From the IMG/VR virus record IMGVR_UViG_3300047160_011027, positions 1,510 through 65,509 of that record: 64,000 bases of DNA. One strand, written 5' to 3'. Positions within the stretch are counted from its first letter, which is position 1, and each line of letters opens with the position of its first letter. The stretch is from a virus. Taxonomy: Duplodnaviria > Caudoviricetes. Below the pieces are notes generated by a model that ran no database searches, was not told the DNA's origin, and saw only the letters and a list, made by a program, of their open reading frames with translations. The translations under genes and the position numbers were made by a program. Shown one piece after another: positions 1 through 8,116 of this stretch.

Positions 1-120
1 CGTGTCGCTACGCAATGGGCTGCGGCTGGCGCTCTTGGGGGGCAGTCGCTGAGTTGGTTCGCGATATCGTCGCATGGCCTTGGGCTCACCGGCTCGGATT
101 GGATGCAGCATGAACGATGA
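1..120 (+). CDS. 3' end of a hypothetical protein (partial)
   Basis: Frame 1 open from base 1 to TGA 118-120, which overlaps the next ATG (ATGA). Confidence 0.4.
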   Translation, partial: RVATQWAAAGALGGQSLSWFAISSHGLGLTGSDWMQHER

Positions 121-401
121 TGACCTCGACGCCTAACCTCCCGCGAGCGTTCGTCTTGAATCGCGACGAGGACGTAACCGGCGTGAGCGGCACGGGCATC
201 GTTGCGTGGGGCGTCGAGTTCCCCGATGGGGTTGTCGCCCTTCGCTGGAAGTCTGCTTGGCCGACCTCGGTTGTGTTCCACGATCGCGGCATGGAGGGTA
301 TCGAGGCGGTTCACGGTCACGGCGGTAAAACGCAAGTGCTGTGGACGGATCAGATTCGAGTCGCTCGCGGAGAAATCGAGTCGATAAAAGGACGGCCATG
401 A
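117..401 (+). CDS. Conserved actinophage hypothetical protein
   Basis: RDEDVTGVSGTG.VA.GVEF.DG.VALRW...HGHGG.T motif recognised from actinophage small proteins; ATGA-coupled at both ends. Confidence 0.75.
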   Translation: MMTSTPNLPRAFVLNRDEDVTGVSGTGIVAWGVEFPDGVVALRWKSAWPTSVVFHDRGMEGIEAVHGHGGKTQVLWTDQIRVARGEIESIKGRP

Positions 402-1171
402 GCCTGATTCCCGCATCGAATAAGGCCGAGTGGCATCTGACCTATGGCTGCGATCTCGCGTGCCGGAACTGCAACCGGGCATCGTTCCTGCGGGAGCCGC
501 ACACGCCGGACATGACGCTTGATGATGCGCGGGAATTCATCCGCCAGGCGGAGGAGCTGCGTTGGTATCCGGCGATCATTCTGATCGGCGGCGAACCGTG
601 TTTACACGACGACTTCTATCAGTTCTGCTATCTGGCGTTGGAGTTCATGAACCGGCATCGGCATGAGGAAGGCGCAGCCGACTACGTGCAGCTCTGGAGT
701 AACCAAACGTCGGACGAATCGAAGGAACGGGCACGGCAGGCGCGCAACATGGGCGTGTCGCTTGTCAGCGAGACGACGAAAGATCATTCGATGGTGCTGG
801 AACGTGACGACGTTTACGTCAGCCCGAGCGATCTCGGCCTCGGCCAGCGTCCGCCGTGCTTCTCGCACGCGTCGATCTTGTGTGGCATCTCCGTCGATCA
901 TGAGGGCTACATGCCGTGCGCGATGGGCGGCATGGTGGACGCGCTCCTGAAACTCGGGCTGCGCACGAAACGCCTCGCCGATCTGTTCGATGAGGAGAAG
1001 AACGCGGAGATGACAGCGAAGATGTGTGAGCACTGCGGCCATAATCTTTCATTCACGGGTCTGCCGGATGTATCGATCCCGGAGTGGCGCAAGCTGGTCG
1101 ACGCGACGCCGCGCCGGTTCGCATCGCACATGACGCCGACGTGGATGGACGCGTTTGAGGGGCGTCGATGA
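398..1171 (+). CDS. Radical SAM enzyme with C-terminal Cys-rich (twitch/SPASM-like) extension
   Basis: CDLACRNC (CX3CX2C), GGEPCLH, further Cys in PCFS..LCG..PCAMGG..MCEHC; start moved to ATG 398 overlapping upstream stop. Confidence 0.85.
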   Translation: MSLIPASNKAEWHLTYGCDLACRNCNRASFLREPHTPDMTLDDAREFIRQAEELRWYPAIILIGGEPCLHDDFYQFCYLALEFMNRHRHEEGAADYVQLWSNQTSDESKERARQARNMGVSLVSETTKDHSMVLERDDVYVSPSDLGLGQRPPCFSHASILCGISVDHEGYMPCAMGGMVDALLKLGLRTKRLADLFDEEKNAEMTAKMCEHCGHNLSFTGLPDVSIPEWRKLVDATPRRFASHMTPTWMDAFEGRR

Positions 1172-1860
1172 AGCAGGTCACGATTAACTATCGCTGGCCG
1201 CTCTGGATGCCCGAACATCGCGAGAATCGGCCGGGCTGGAACTGGTGGGAGTGGATGGCACTCGCCGCCCTCTGGGACGTTGTGCGGCCCGGCGACGTGC
1301 TCTGGGACGTGGGTGCCGAGTACGGCGACCTATCGGCCCTGTATGCGACGTGGGGCGCGGAGGTGGTGCTGATCGAGGCGATGCCGAAAGCGTGGCCGTG
1401 GATCAGGCAGATCTGGCAAGCGAACGTCGCGCGACCGCCGAGGGGAACGGCATGCTGCCTTGTCGGCGACGCGGAAGACGATCGGCCGCTTAACTTATGC
1501 GCTGGCTGGCCGCCGATCTCCTACGAGGAGGAAATCGAGGAGCCGGGTTTTATGGCGTGGGAGGACGGGAACTCGCCGCGCCGGAATCTCGACACGCTGC
1601 TTGATGCGTTCTCCGCTCCGGCGATCGTCGTCATGGATATCGAAGGGTCGGAGCTGCGCGCGTTATTCGGCGCGCATCGGTTGCTATTAGAGGTACGGCC
1701 GATCTGGAAGATCAGCGTGCATCCCGAGATGATGCGCGGCAAGTACGGCGACACGCCGGACGATCTGCTGGTGCTTATGACGGACCACTACAACTACGAA
1801 TCGCATTACATCCACTATGACCATGAACAGCACTGGCTGTTCAAGCCGAGGCCAATGTGA
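1168..1860 (+). CDS. FkbM-family SAM-dependent methyltransferase
   Basis: VLWDVGAEYGD SAM-binding motif, VLIEAMP, VMDIEGSELRALFGA. Confidence 0.8.
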   Translation: MKQVTINYRWPLWMPEHRENRPGWNWWEWMALAALWDVVRPGDVLWDVGAEYGDLSALYATWGAEVVLIEAMPKAWPWIRQIWQANVARPPRGTACCLVGDAEDDRPLNLCAGWPPISYEEEIEEPGFMAWEDGNSPRRNLDTLLDAFSAPAIVVMDIEGSELRALFGAHRLLLEVRPIWKISVHPEMMRGKYGDTPDDLLVLMTDHYNYESHYIHYDHEQHWLFKPRPM

Positions 1861-2621
1861 ACGACTGGCTTGGCTACCTGGCCGAGATCTGGGGCGGCGG
1901 CCAGGAAGATCGTTGCACGTTCGGTCATGACGGCCACGCGACGAAGACGGTCACGGACGCGCTCATCGGCCCGATCGAGGTATTCGACTGGGAGCAGTAC
2001 GCGACAGACCAGCCGGGATTCTGCCCGGCACGCGATTCGGTGTCGCAGGCCGTGGATCAGAACGGTGAATGGGAGCAGGTCGGGCGCGAGATCATGCGCC
2101 GCTTCATCGAGACACCCGATCCGGGCGTCGTGCTCGACTTCGGCGCGCACATCGGAACGTTCACGCTCTACGCCGCGCAGATGGGCCGCGGCGTGCTCGC
2201 CGTGGACGCGTCGCCGGAGCATCTCATGCTTCTGAACCGAAACGCGTCGACGCTCGGCGTCGAAGACCGTGTCACACCATGTCGCGGCTGGATCGGCCCG
2301 GACGCGCCCGCTTGCACGCCGGACGGTACACGCGTCCGCTTCCTGAAATCCGACCTCGAGGGCGCGGAGGACGAGATGGTGCGCGTCACCTGGCCGCTCT
2401 GGCAGAACCGCCTCATCGACGCAGCGCTGCTCGAAGTGTCACCGATTTTCGCTGATTACTACCCGACCCTGATCGGCGACCTGATGGACTGCGACTATCG
2501 GGCGGGTATCGCCTGGCTCATGAACCAGCCGGAAGTGCTGACGCCGCTCAACCGTAACCGGCTCGCCGAACAGCTCACCGCGCCGCAATGCGACGTGCTG
2601 TTGACCCTGGAGGACGTATGA
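1857..2621 (+). CDS. FkbM-family SAM-dependent methyltransferase
   Basis: VLDFGAHIGTFTL, LAVDASP, FLKSDLEGAE motifs. Confidence 0.8.
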   Translation: MNDWLGYLAEIWGGGQEDRCTFGHDGHATKTVTDALIGPIEVFDWEQYATDQPGFCPARDSVSQAVDQNGEWEQVGREIMRRFIETPDPGVVLDFGAHIGTFTLYAAQMGRGVLAVDASPEHLMLLNRNASTLGVEDRVTPCRGWIGPDAPACTPDGTRVRFLKSDLEGAEDEMVRVTWPLWQNRLIDAALLEVSPIFADYYPTLIGDLMDCDYRAGIAWLMNQPEVLTPLNRNRLAEQLTAPQCDVLLTLEDV

Positions 2622-2860
2622 GTCTCGATCCTCGCCCGGACGGACTGATTATGGGACGAACTAACGGCGGGCGCACGTATTGGATCAGGTGTTCATTCTG
2701 TGGTCGGCTCGGGCGCGTTTTCCCAACACGAACAGACGCGTTCGATGCCTGGGATGAACACAAGCTCGGGATGCAGCATCGTCGTGAAGCCACGCTGGCG
2801 CTTAACGCGTACCTGTACAGCCACACAGAGAAGCACGTACGGGAGGCGCTGGGCCTATGA
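2618..2860 (+). CDS. Hypothetical protein (CxxC)
   Basis: ATGA-coupled ORF; CSFCG. Confidence 0.55.
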   Translation: MSLDPRPDGLIMGRTNGGRTYWIRCSFCGRLGRVFPTRTDAFDAWDEHKLGMQHRREATLALNAYLYSHTEKHVREALGL

Positions 2861-3807
2861 AGATCGTCTACGTCGGCGGCAATCTCGCGGAGGGCTCACC
2901 GCCCTTCTCGACGGAGAACGCCTACATCGACGCGCTGCGCGGCCTCGGGCATGAGGTGCTGCCAATCAAACAGGGCATGGCGCCGGGCATCTCCTGGCCC
3001 GATCCCGATCTCGTCATCTACACCCGGACGCATAACGACACCGCGCTCACGCCGGAGTTCACGGCGACGTGGCGGCGTCTCGAGGATGCCGGCGCGCGCA
3101 CCGCCTCGGTGCATCTCGACGTCTTCCGTGGCATCCCCGAGCGCGAGGGCTGGGTCGCGCGCGGCGATCCGCTCTTCACCACACAGCACGTCTTCACCGC
3201 CGACGGGGGCTCGGACGCTTTCTGGGTGCAGCACGGCGTCAATCACCACTGGCTCCCCCCGGCAGCCGATCTCCGCCACGTCGGCCCGTTTCCGACGCCC
3301 GAACTCGATCTCGACGGCAAGATCGTCTTCGTCGGCTCCGAGGGCTATCACGCCTGCTATCCGTTCCGCCCGAAACTCATCCAGCATCTGCGCGATCGAT
3401 ACGGCGAGGAATTCGTCCTCTTCGGGCCGGCCGCGCAGCGTGGCACGGTGCGCATGGAGGCGCTCGCGTCCGTCTATGCGGCGGATGCCATCTTCGTCGG
3501 CGATCACTGCTTTGCCGACGAACTCCGTCCGAACTACTGGAGCGATCGTCTGCCGGAGACGCTCGGCCGGGGCGGCTTCTTGATCTACCCGCGCACGCCC
3601 GGTCTCGAGGAGCAGGGCTATCGCAGCGGCGAGCACTTGCTCACCTACGAGCCCGGCGATCTGCAGGATCTCGACGATTGGATCGACTTCGCACGCTCGT
3701 GCTCGCCTGACGAACGCCAGGGAATCGCCGACGCGGGCCGCGAGCTCGTGCGCGCACGGCACACCTACGAGATCCGCGCGGCGCAGCTGCTGGAGGCGTT
3801 GGCGTGA
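2857..3807 (+). CDS. Glycosyltransferase, CgeB / Glyco_trans_1_2-like (GT-B)
   Basis: KIVFVGS, NYWSDRLPETLGRGGFLI, GRELVRARHTYEIRAAQLL typical of the CgeB-type C-terminal domain. Confidence 0.75.
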   Translation: MKIVYVGGNLAEGSPPFSTENAYIDALRGLGHEVLPIKQGMAPGISWPDPDLVIYTRTHNDTALTPEFTATWRRLEDAGARTASVHLDVFRGIPEREGWVARGDPLFTTQHVFTADGGSDAFWVQHGVNHHWLPPAADLRHVGPFPTPELDLDGKIVFVGSEGYHACYPFRPKLIQHLRDRYGEEFVLFGPAAQRGTVRMEALASVYAADAIFVGDHCFADELRPNYWSDRLPETLGRGGFLIYPRTPGLEEQGYRSGEHLLTYEPGDLQDLDDWIDFARSCSPDERQGIADAGRELVRARHTYEIRAAQLLEALA

Positions 3808-4058
3808 GTCTTACGAAGGCGGACGAGCGCTATCTCGCTGCCCTGGATCGGGCTATTTCCTGGCTCGGAAACGGGAAGCCGACAGCGCAGAAGGAGGAAC
3901 TCATTCTCTCGTGCGCCGAACGTCTCTACCGGCAGTTGCCCTCGAATCTCCGCACACGACCGTGCGCCGAGATCATGCCGCTCGGCTCGGAATATCTGCT
4001 CTGTTCACTGCCCTTCGGGCATGGCGGGGATCACGAGACGAGGACGATGCGCTGGTGA
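3804..4058 (+). CDS. Hypothetical protein with C..C.L..GH.G.H metal-binding motif
   Basis: CAEIMPLGSEYLLCSLPFGHGGDH; GTGA-coupled. Confidence 0.55.
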   Translation: MSLTKADERYLAALDRAISWLGNGKPTAQKEELILSCAERLYRQLPSNLRTRPCAEIMPLGSEYLLCSLPFGHGGDHETRTMRW

Positions 4059-5032
4059 GCCGCTGCCGTGTCCGCTGGCTTTCCCTGAACCGCGACTCGC
4101 CGCCGCGCGGTGCGCACTGGGATCAGACGCTTCTCGAGGATCTTCTCGGCGACGAGGGGTGGCAGACAGGCGTCCGCTACGAACACGACGACTGCGCCTG
4201 CGGCCGCCATTTCGATCGCTACGGCGGCATCGTCGTTGTCCCCGGCCAGCACAACGCCGAGATCAAAGCGACGCGCGAGGACGTCGGCATGCTGGATGCG
4301 GCGGAGTTCCGATTCCCGACGGCCAGTCGCATCGCCGACGTCATCGAGCAGATGGACTGGGCGCTCGTCATCGTCACCTCCGACGAGGAGGGCCTCTTCC
4401 CGCTCTCGATGCTGCCGGAAGGCCCGCGATACGAGGTGTGGACGCAGTACCGCGATCGCCCCGAAGCGGCGCGCATCCTGCCGATCGGCTATCCACCGGG
4501 ACTCCGGAACTGGGCTCGCCGGCGAGCGCGCATGACGGGGACGCACGCCGAGGCGCAGAGCCCGCTGTTCTTCGCAGGCCAGGACAACACGCGCCGCCGC
4601 CACGAACTCCTGAAGACGCTCGAAGCATTCGATCTGCCCGGCATGAGCTATCTGGCGACGGACGGCTTCACGCAAGGCATGGGCCAGCAGAACTACTGGG
4701 CGGCAATGCTGGGCGCACGGATGCTGCCGGCACCATCAGGTCACGTCTCGGTGGACTCGTTCCGCCTTTATGAAGCGCTCGAGCTCGGGCGTATCCCGGT
4801 GATCGAACGCAAGACTGACACCGAGGACATGATGGGAACGTGGGAGCGCATGTTCGGGGCGAACCCGCTTCCGATTGTGTCTTCGTGGGAGGAACTGCCC
4901 GAACTCCAGAGCGAACTTGGTCGGAAATGGGCGTTTACCGCATCTCGCCTCTCGGCGTGGTGGCAATGGCAGAAGCGCGAGCTGGCGTGGGCGCTCGCGG
5001 AAACGACGCAACGACTGCGGGAGGCCGCATGA
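4055..5032 (+). CDS. Exostosin-like (GT47-like) glycosyltransferase
   Basis: FFAGQ..RR.ELL and PAPSGHVSVDSFRLYEALELGRIPVI match the exostosin C-terminal P.G...S.R.YEAL..G.IPV signature; GTG start overlaps upstream TGA. Confidence 0.65.
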   Translation: MSRCRVRWLSLNRDSPPRGAHWDQTLLEDLLGDEGWQTGVRYEHDDCACGRHFDRYGGIVVVPGQHNAEIKATREDVGMLDAAEFRFPTASRIADVIEQMDWALVIVTSDEEGLFPLSMLPEGPRYEVWTQYRDRPEAARILPIGYPPGLRNWARRRARMTGTHAEAQSPLFFAGQDNTRRRHELLKTLEAFDLPGMSYLATDGFTQGMGQQNYWAAMLGARMLPAPSGHVSVDSFRLYEALELGRIPVIERKTDTEDMMGTWERMFGANPLPIVSSWEELPELQSELGRKWAFTASRLSAWWQWQKRELAWALAETTQRLREAA

Positions 5033-5352
5033 CACCGAAGAAAACGACGAAACGAACGGCGAAGAAAGCGACGAAGAAAGCGACGAAGAAACGCTCGCCG
5101 AAACGAACACCGGCAGTCCTGGCTCCGGTCTTGCAGACGAAGGGCGAGAAGCGCGTCAAGCCGCTTGCGAACGTCTTCGATCAACTTGAGGATCTCTTGC
5201 AAGAACTGCCGGAGCCGATCCGCGACGACGCGATCAACATGCTGCTCGGGCCCACGAGCGTCTCGATGCAACGCCTCCAGGCACTCATCAACTTCGTGAA
5301 CTCGCAGCACTTCGTCATCACGGAGATGGGCAAGAACGCGGAGCCCTGGTGA
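5029..5352 (+). CDS. Hypothetical protein with Lys-rich histone-H1-like N-terminus
   Basis: TPKKTTKRTAKKATKKATKKRSPKR; 12-bp GAAGAAAGCGAC repeats at 5061-5084. Confidence 0.6.
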   Translation: MTPKKTTKRTAKKATKKATKKRSPKRTPAVLAPVLQTKGEKRVKPLANVFDQLEDLLQELPEPIRDDAINMLLGPTSVSMQRLQALINFVNSQHFVITEMGKNAEPW

Positions 5353-5377
5353 TTACCGTCACGGTCACGGTGCCGGC

Positions 5378-6217
5378 GTGAGCGAGATCGGGATCTGCCT
5401 CGTCACCTCGCCCACGGCGCTTGCGGCCGCGGATCACGCCGCGATGGTCTTCGAGGTCATCAACTCGGCGCGGGCCTTCGCCGAACTGCGGGGCGCCGAG
5501 ACGATCATCGCCTGCGACGGCGTGCGGCCCGAGGCCGAGCACCTACGGGAGCGCTACGAGGGGGCGCTGCAAGAGATCGCCTGGTGGTGCAATCTCTCGG
5601 AGCCGAACGTGCTGCCGGTGATCCTCGAGACGTGGCAGCATCAGGCGCACACGCTCGCGGCGGGGTTGGCGCAGATGCGCTCCGAGCTCGTCGTCATGCT
5701 GGAGCACGACGCGCCGCTCCTGCCGGTACCGATCGACTGGGCCGGCTGCGCCGAGGTCGTCGGCGGGCACGAGCTCGACGTCATGCGCTTTCTGCACGAG
5801 AGCCAGATCCTGCGCGAGCACGGCCATCTGCTCGTCGACACCGTGGACTCACCGGGCCCGATTGAGCGCCGCGTGCCCTATCTGCGGACAGGCCAGTGGA
5901 GCCAGCGCCCGCATCTGGCCCGGCGCGCCTGGTATCAGGATCTGCTCCACCGCTACTTCGCGCCTGAGAGCCGCTGCTTCGTGGAAGAGGTGATGCACGG
6001 CGTCTGCGACTTCATGTGGCGGGAGTTCGGCGAGGAGGGCTGGGAGCAGAACAGGATCGGCATCTACGCCGATCCTGAGCCGACAATGCAACGCTCAACC
6101 CACCTCGACGGGCGCGCCGGCGAACCGCACTACGCCGAGAGCCAGATTTTCGCCTATGCCGGAGGCGGGACTCCGCCCGGAGCTCCGCGCGCGACGGCGG
6201 ATCGGCCCCCGGAATGA
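5378..6217 (+). CDS. Putative GT-A-fold glycosyltransferase (actinophage type)
   Basis: VTSP..., IIACDGVR, MLEHDAPL (DxD-like), WSQRPHLA..WY pattern recalled from mycobacteriophage glycosyltransferases. Confidence 0.55.
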   Translation: MSEIGICLVTSPTALAAADHAAMVFEVINSARAFAELRGAETIIACDGVRPEAEHLRERYEGALQEIAWWCNLSEPNVLPVILETWQHQAHTLAAGLAQMRSELVVMLEHDAPLLPVPIDWAGCAEVVGGHELDVMRFLHESQILREHGHLLVDTVDSPGPIERRVPYLRTGQWSQRPHLARRAWYQDLLHRYFAPESRCFVEEVMHGVCDFMWREFGEEGWEQNRIGIYADPEPTMQRSTHLDGRAGEPHYAESQIFAYAGGGTPPGAPRATADRPPE

Positions 6218-6813
6218 GCACGCCGGCACTCTGGGATGCGCAAGCCAGCACGCTCGAGGCCGCGCGCGGCGCGGTATTCGGGCTGCCGGGGTTCACCTGG
6301 GACGACGGCGTGGAGCATTGTCTGGCCCGCATTCTGCCGTTCATGGAGGACGAACCGGGGACGATCTGCGACTTCGGCTGCGGCGTGGGCCGGCTGGCGG
6401 TGCCGCTCGGCGCGCGCAAACCGGGCTGGCTGGTGCTCGGGATGGATCATTCGCCGCGCATGATCGAGCTCGCCCGCGAGCAAACAGATCTTGACAACGT
6501 CATCTTCGCCTGCGAGGACGGGCTCCCGATCGGCTGCTTCGACGGGCTTTATTGCGTGCTCGTCATGCAGCATCTCACGCCGCAGTGGCAGCGCATCATG
6601 CTCTCCCGGTTCTGGCTGACGCTACGCCCCGGTGGATGGCTCGTCGTCCAGTGGGTGCATGAGGGGGACGAAGGGCCGCTCTCGCACCCGGTGGCGCCCG
6701 AGGACTTCGCGGCGTGGGCCGAGGAGGCAGGATTCTGGTGCTGCGCTTGGGAGCTGGACGAGAAGATTGAGCCGTGGGCCTGGCTCACGGCGTTTAAGGA
6801 TCTGCGCACATGA
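6214..6813 (+). CDS. Class I SAM-dependent methyltransferase
   Basis: ICDFGCGVGRL, GMDHSPRMI, FDGLYCVLVMQHL, LRPGGWL. Confidence 0.85.
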   Translation: MSTPALWDAQASTLEAARGAVFGLPGFTWDDGVEHCLARILPFMEDEPGTICDFGCGVGRLAVPLGARKPGWLVLGMDHSPRMIELAREQTDLDNVIFACEDGLPIGCFDGLYCVLVMQHLTPQWQRIMLSRFWLTLRPGGWLVVQWVHEGDEGPLSHPVAPEDFAAWAEEAGFWCCAWELDEKIEPWAWLTAFKDLRT

Positions 6814-7904
6814 AGCGCCTGGGGCTTCTCGTCCGGATCGATGAGCACTCCGGGCTGACGCATCAGACGCAGGAGATGCTGCGCTGGCTGAAGCCGGAGG
6901 CGGTGCTGGTGGTGGAGATGGCGGGCGAACGAGCGCCGGCGCGCGGCCCGCAGCCGGTTGACGCCTGCCGCGGCTGGCCTCGAGCCCGCTTCTTCGGCGA
7001 TCCGGGCCAGACGACGCCGGATGCCGAGCAGAACATCGTCCACTTCCTGGAGCAATGCGACGTCGTCCTCTCCGTGGAGACGTTCTATTGGCCGTTCCTG
7101 TCCATCGCGGCCCGGGCCTCGGGCGTCGAGCGCGTGCTCTACGCCAACCCGGAACTCCTCTCGCCGCGCGAGCATCCCGAGCACGAGGCGGATCGCTACC
7201 TCTGGGCGGCGCGCTGGCAGCACGAGCACCCCACGGTGCGGGGCGAGCTGCTCGACTGGCCGACGTCGCCGGATCTCTTCGATCACGCGGAGCGCTGGCG
7301 CTCGGTGCCGCATCTCGTTCACGTCCGGACGCCGGCGATGCTCGACCGCGAGGGCTCAGAGATCGTCTACGAGGCCGCGGGATTCATCACGCAGCCCTGC
7401 CGCATCCTGATCTACGGCTCGCCGGAGACATCGCAGGACTGGGCGAACGAGTATGTCAGCGTCGAACATCGGCGCCGGCCCGACGACTTCCGCGAGCTCT
7501 ACGCCGACGCCGACGTCATGCTCTGCCCGCGGCGCTACGGCGCGCTCAGCCTCGTGATGCTCGAGGCGGCCGCGGCCGGGGTGCCCTCGATCACGACGGA
7601 TGCGCTGCCGCAGAGCGGCTGGTTCGGCGAGTGGCCCGAACTCCTGATCCCTACGGGCGGGCAGTTCATGCACGGCATGAAGGGCAACATGGCGGGCGTT
7701 CCTGTCTACACGCCGCACGCTTACGATCTCGGCTATGCGATCGATCGGCTGCTCTCGACGCCGGGGCTGCTCGATGACGTCACTGCCGGCGTCACCGCCT
7801 GGGCCATCGAACGCTCCTGGCCCGTGCTGCTCGATCGGTGGAATGTCACGCTGCGCGGGGAATCCACCGCAGCGCTCCAGGCGGACGGTATAACCGGGAC
7901 GTGA
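6810..7904 (+). CDS. GT-B glycosyltransferase (GT4-like)
   Basis: LYADADVMLCPRRYGALSLVMLEAAAAGVPSITTD (EX7E-type region). Confidence 0.75.
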   Translation: MKRLGLLVRIDEHSGLTHQTQEMLRWLKPEAVLVVEMAGERAPARGPQPVDACRGWPRARFFGDPGQTTPDAEQNIVHFLEQCDVVLSVETFYWPFLSIAARASGVERVLYANPELLSPREHPEHEADRYLWAARWQHEHPTVRGELLDWPTSPDLFDHAERWRSVPHLVHVRTPAMLDREGSEIVYEAAGFITQPCRILIYGSPETSQDWANEYVSVEHRRRPDDFRELYADADVMLCPRRYGALSLVMLEAAAAGVPSITTDALPQSGWFGEWPELLIPTGGQFMHGMKGNMAGVPVYTPHAYDLGYAIDRLLSTPGLLDDVTAGVTAWAIERSWPVLLDRWNVTLRGESTAALQADGITGT

Positions 7905-8116
7905 CGCTTCTCGGGGTATTCGTCGGAATCGCCATCGGGTTCACGATCGGCCTGGCGCTGGAGGCGTACTGGGCCCGAGTGGCGAAGCAGGCAATGGCGG
8001 TCGATGCCGCGGAGCGCGAGGCGGCGCTCAAGGCGGACTACGACTCGGCTCTCGCCGAGGTGGTGGCGCTCAGACAACCCCGCCCGAAGAAGGGCCGGGG
8101 TCGTGCCACGACTTGA
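7901..8116 (+). CDS. Small membrane protein
   Basis: N-terminal hydrophobic helix LLGVFVGIAIGFTIGLALEAYW then coiled coil; GTGA-coupled. Confidence 0.6.
   Translation: MTLLGVFVGIAIGFTIGLALEAYWARVAKQAMAVDAAEREAALKADYDSALAEVVALRQPRPKKGRGRATT

Noticed and set aside
398-1171. Radical SAM as a RiPP maturase
   Set aside because: No precursor peptide, PqqD/RRE domain or transporter nearby; neighbours are sugar-tailoring enzymes.
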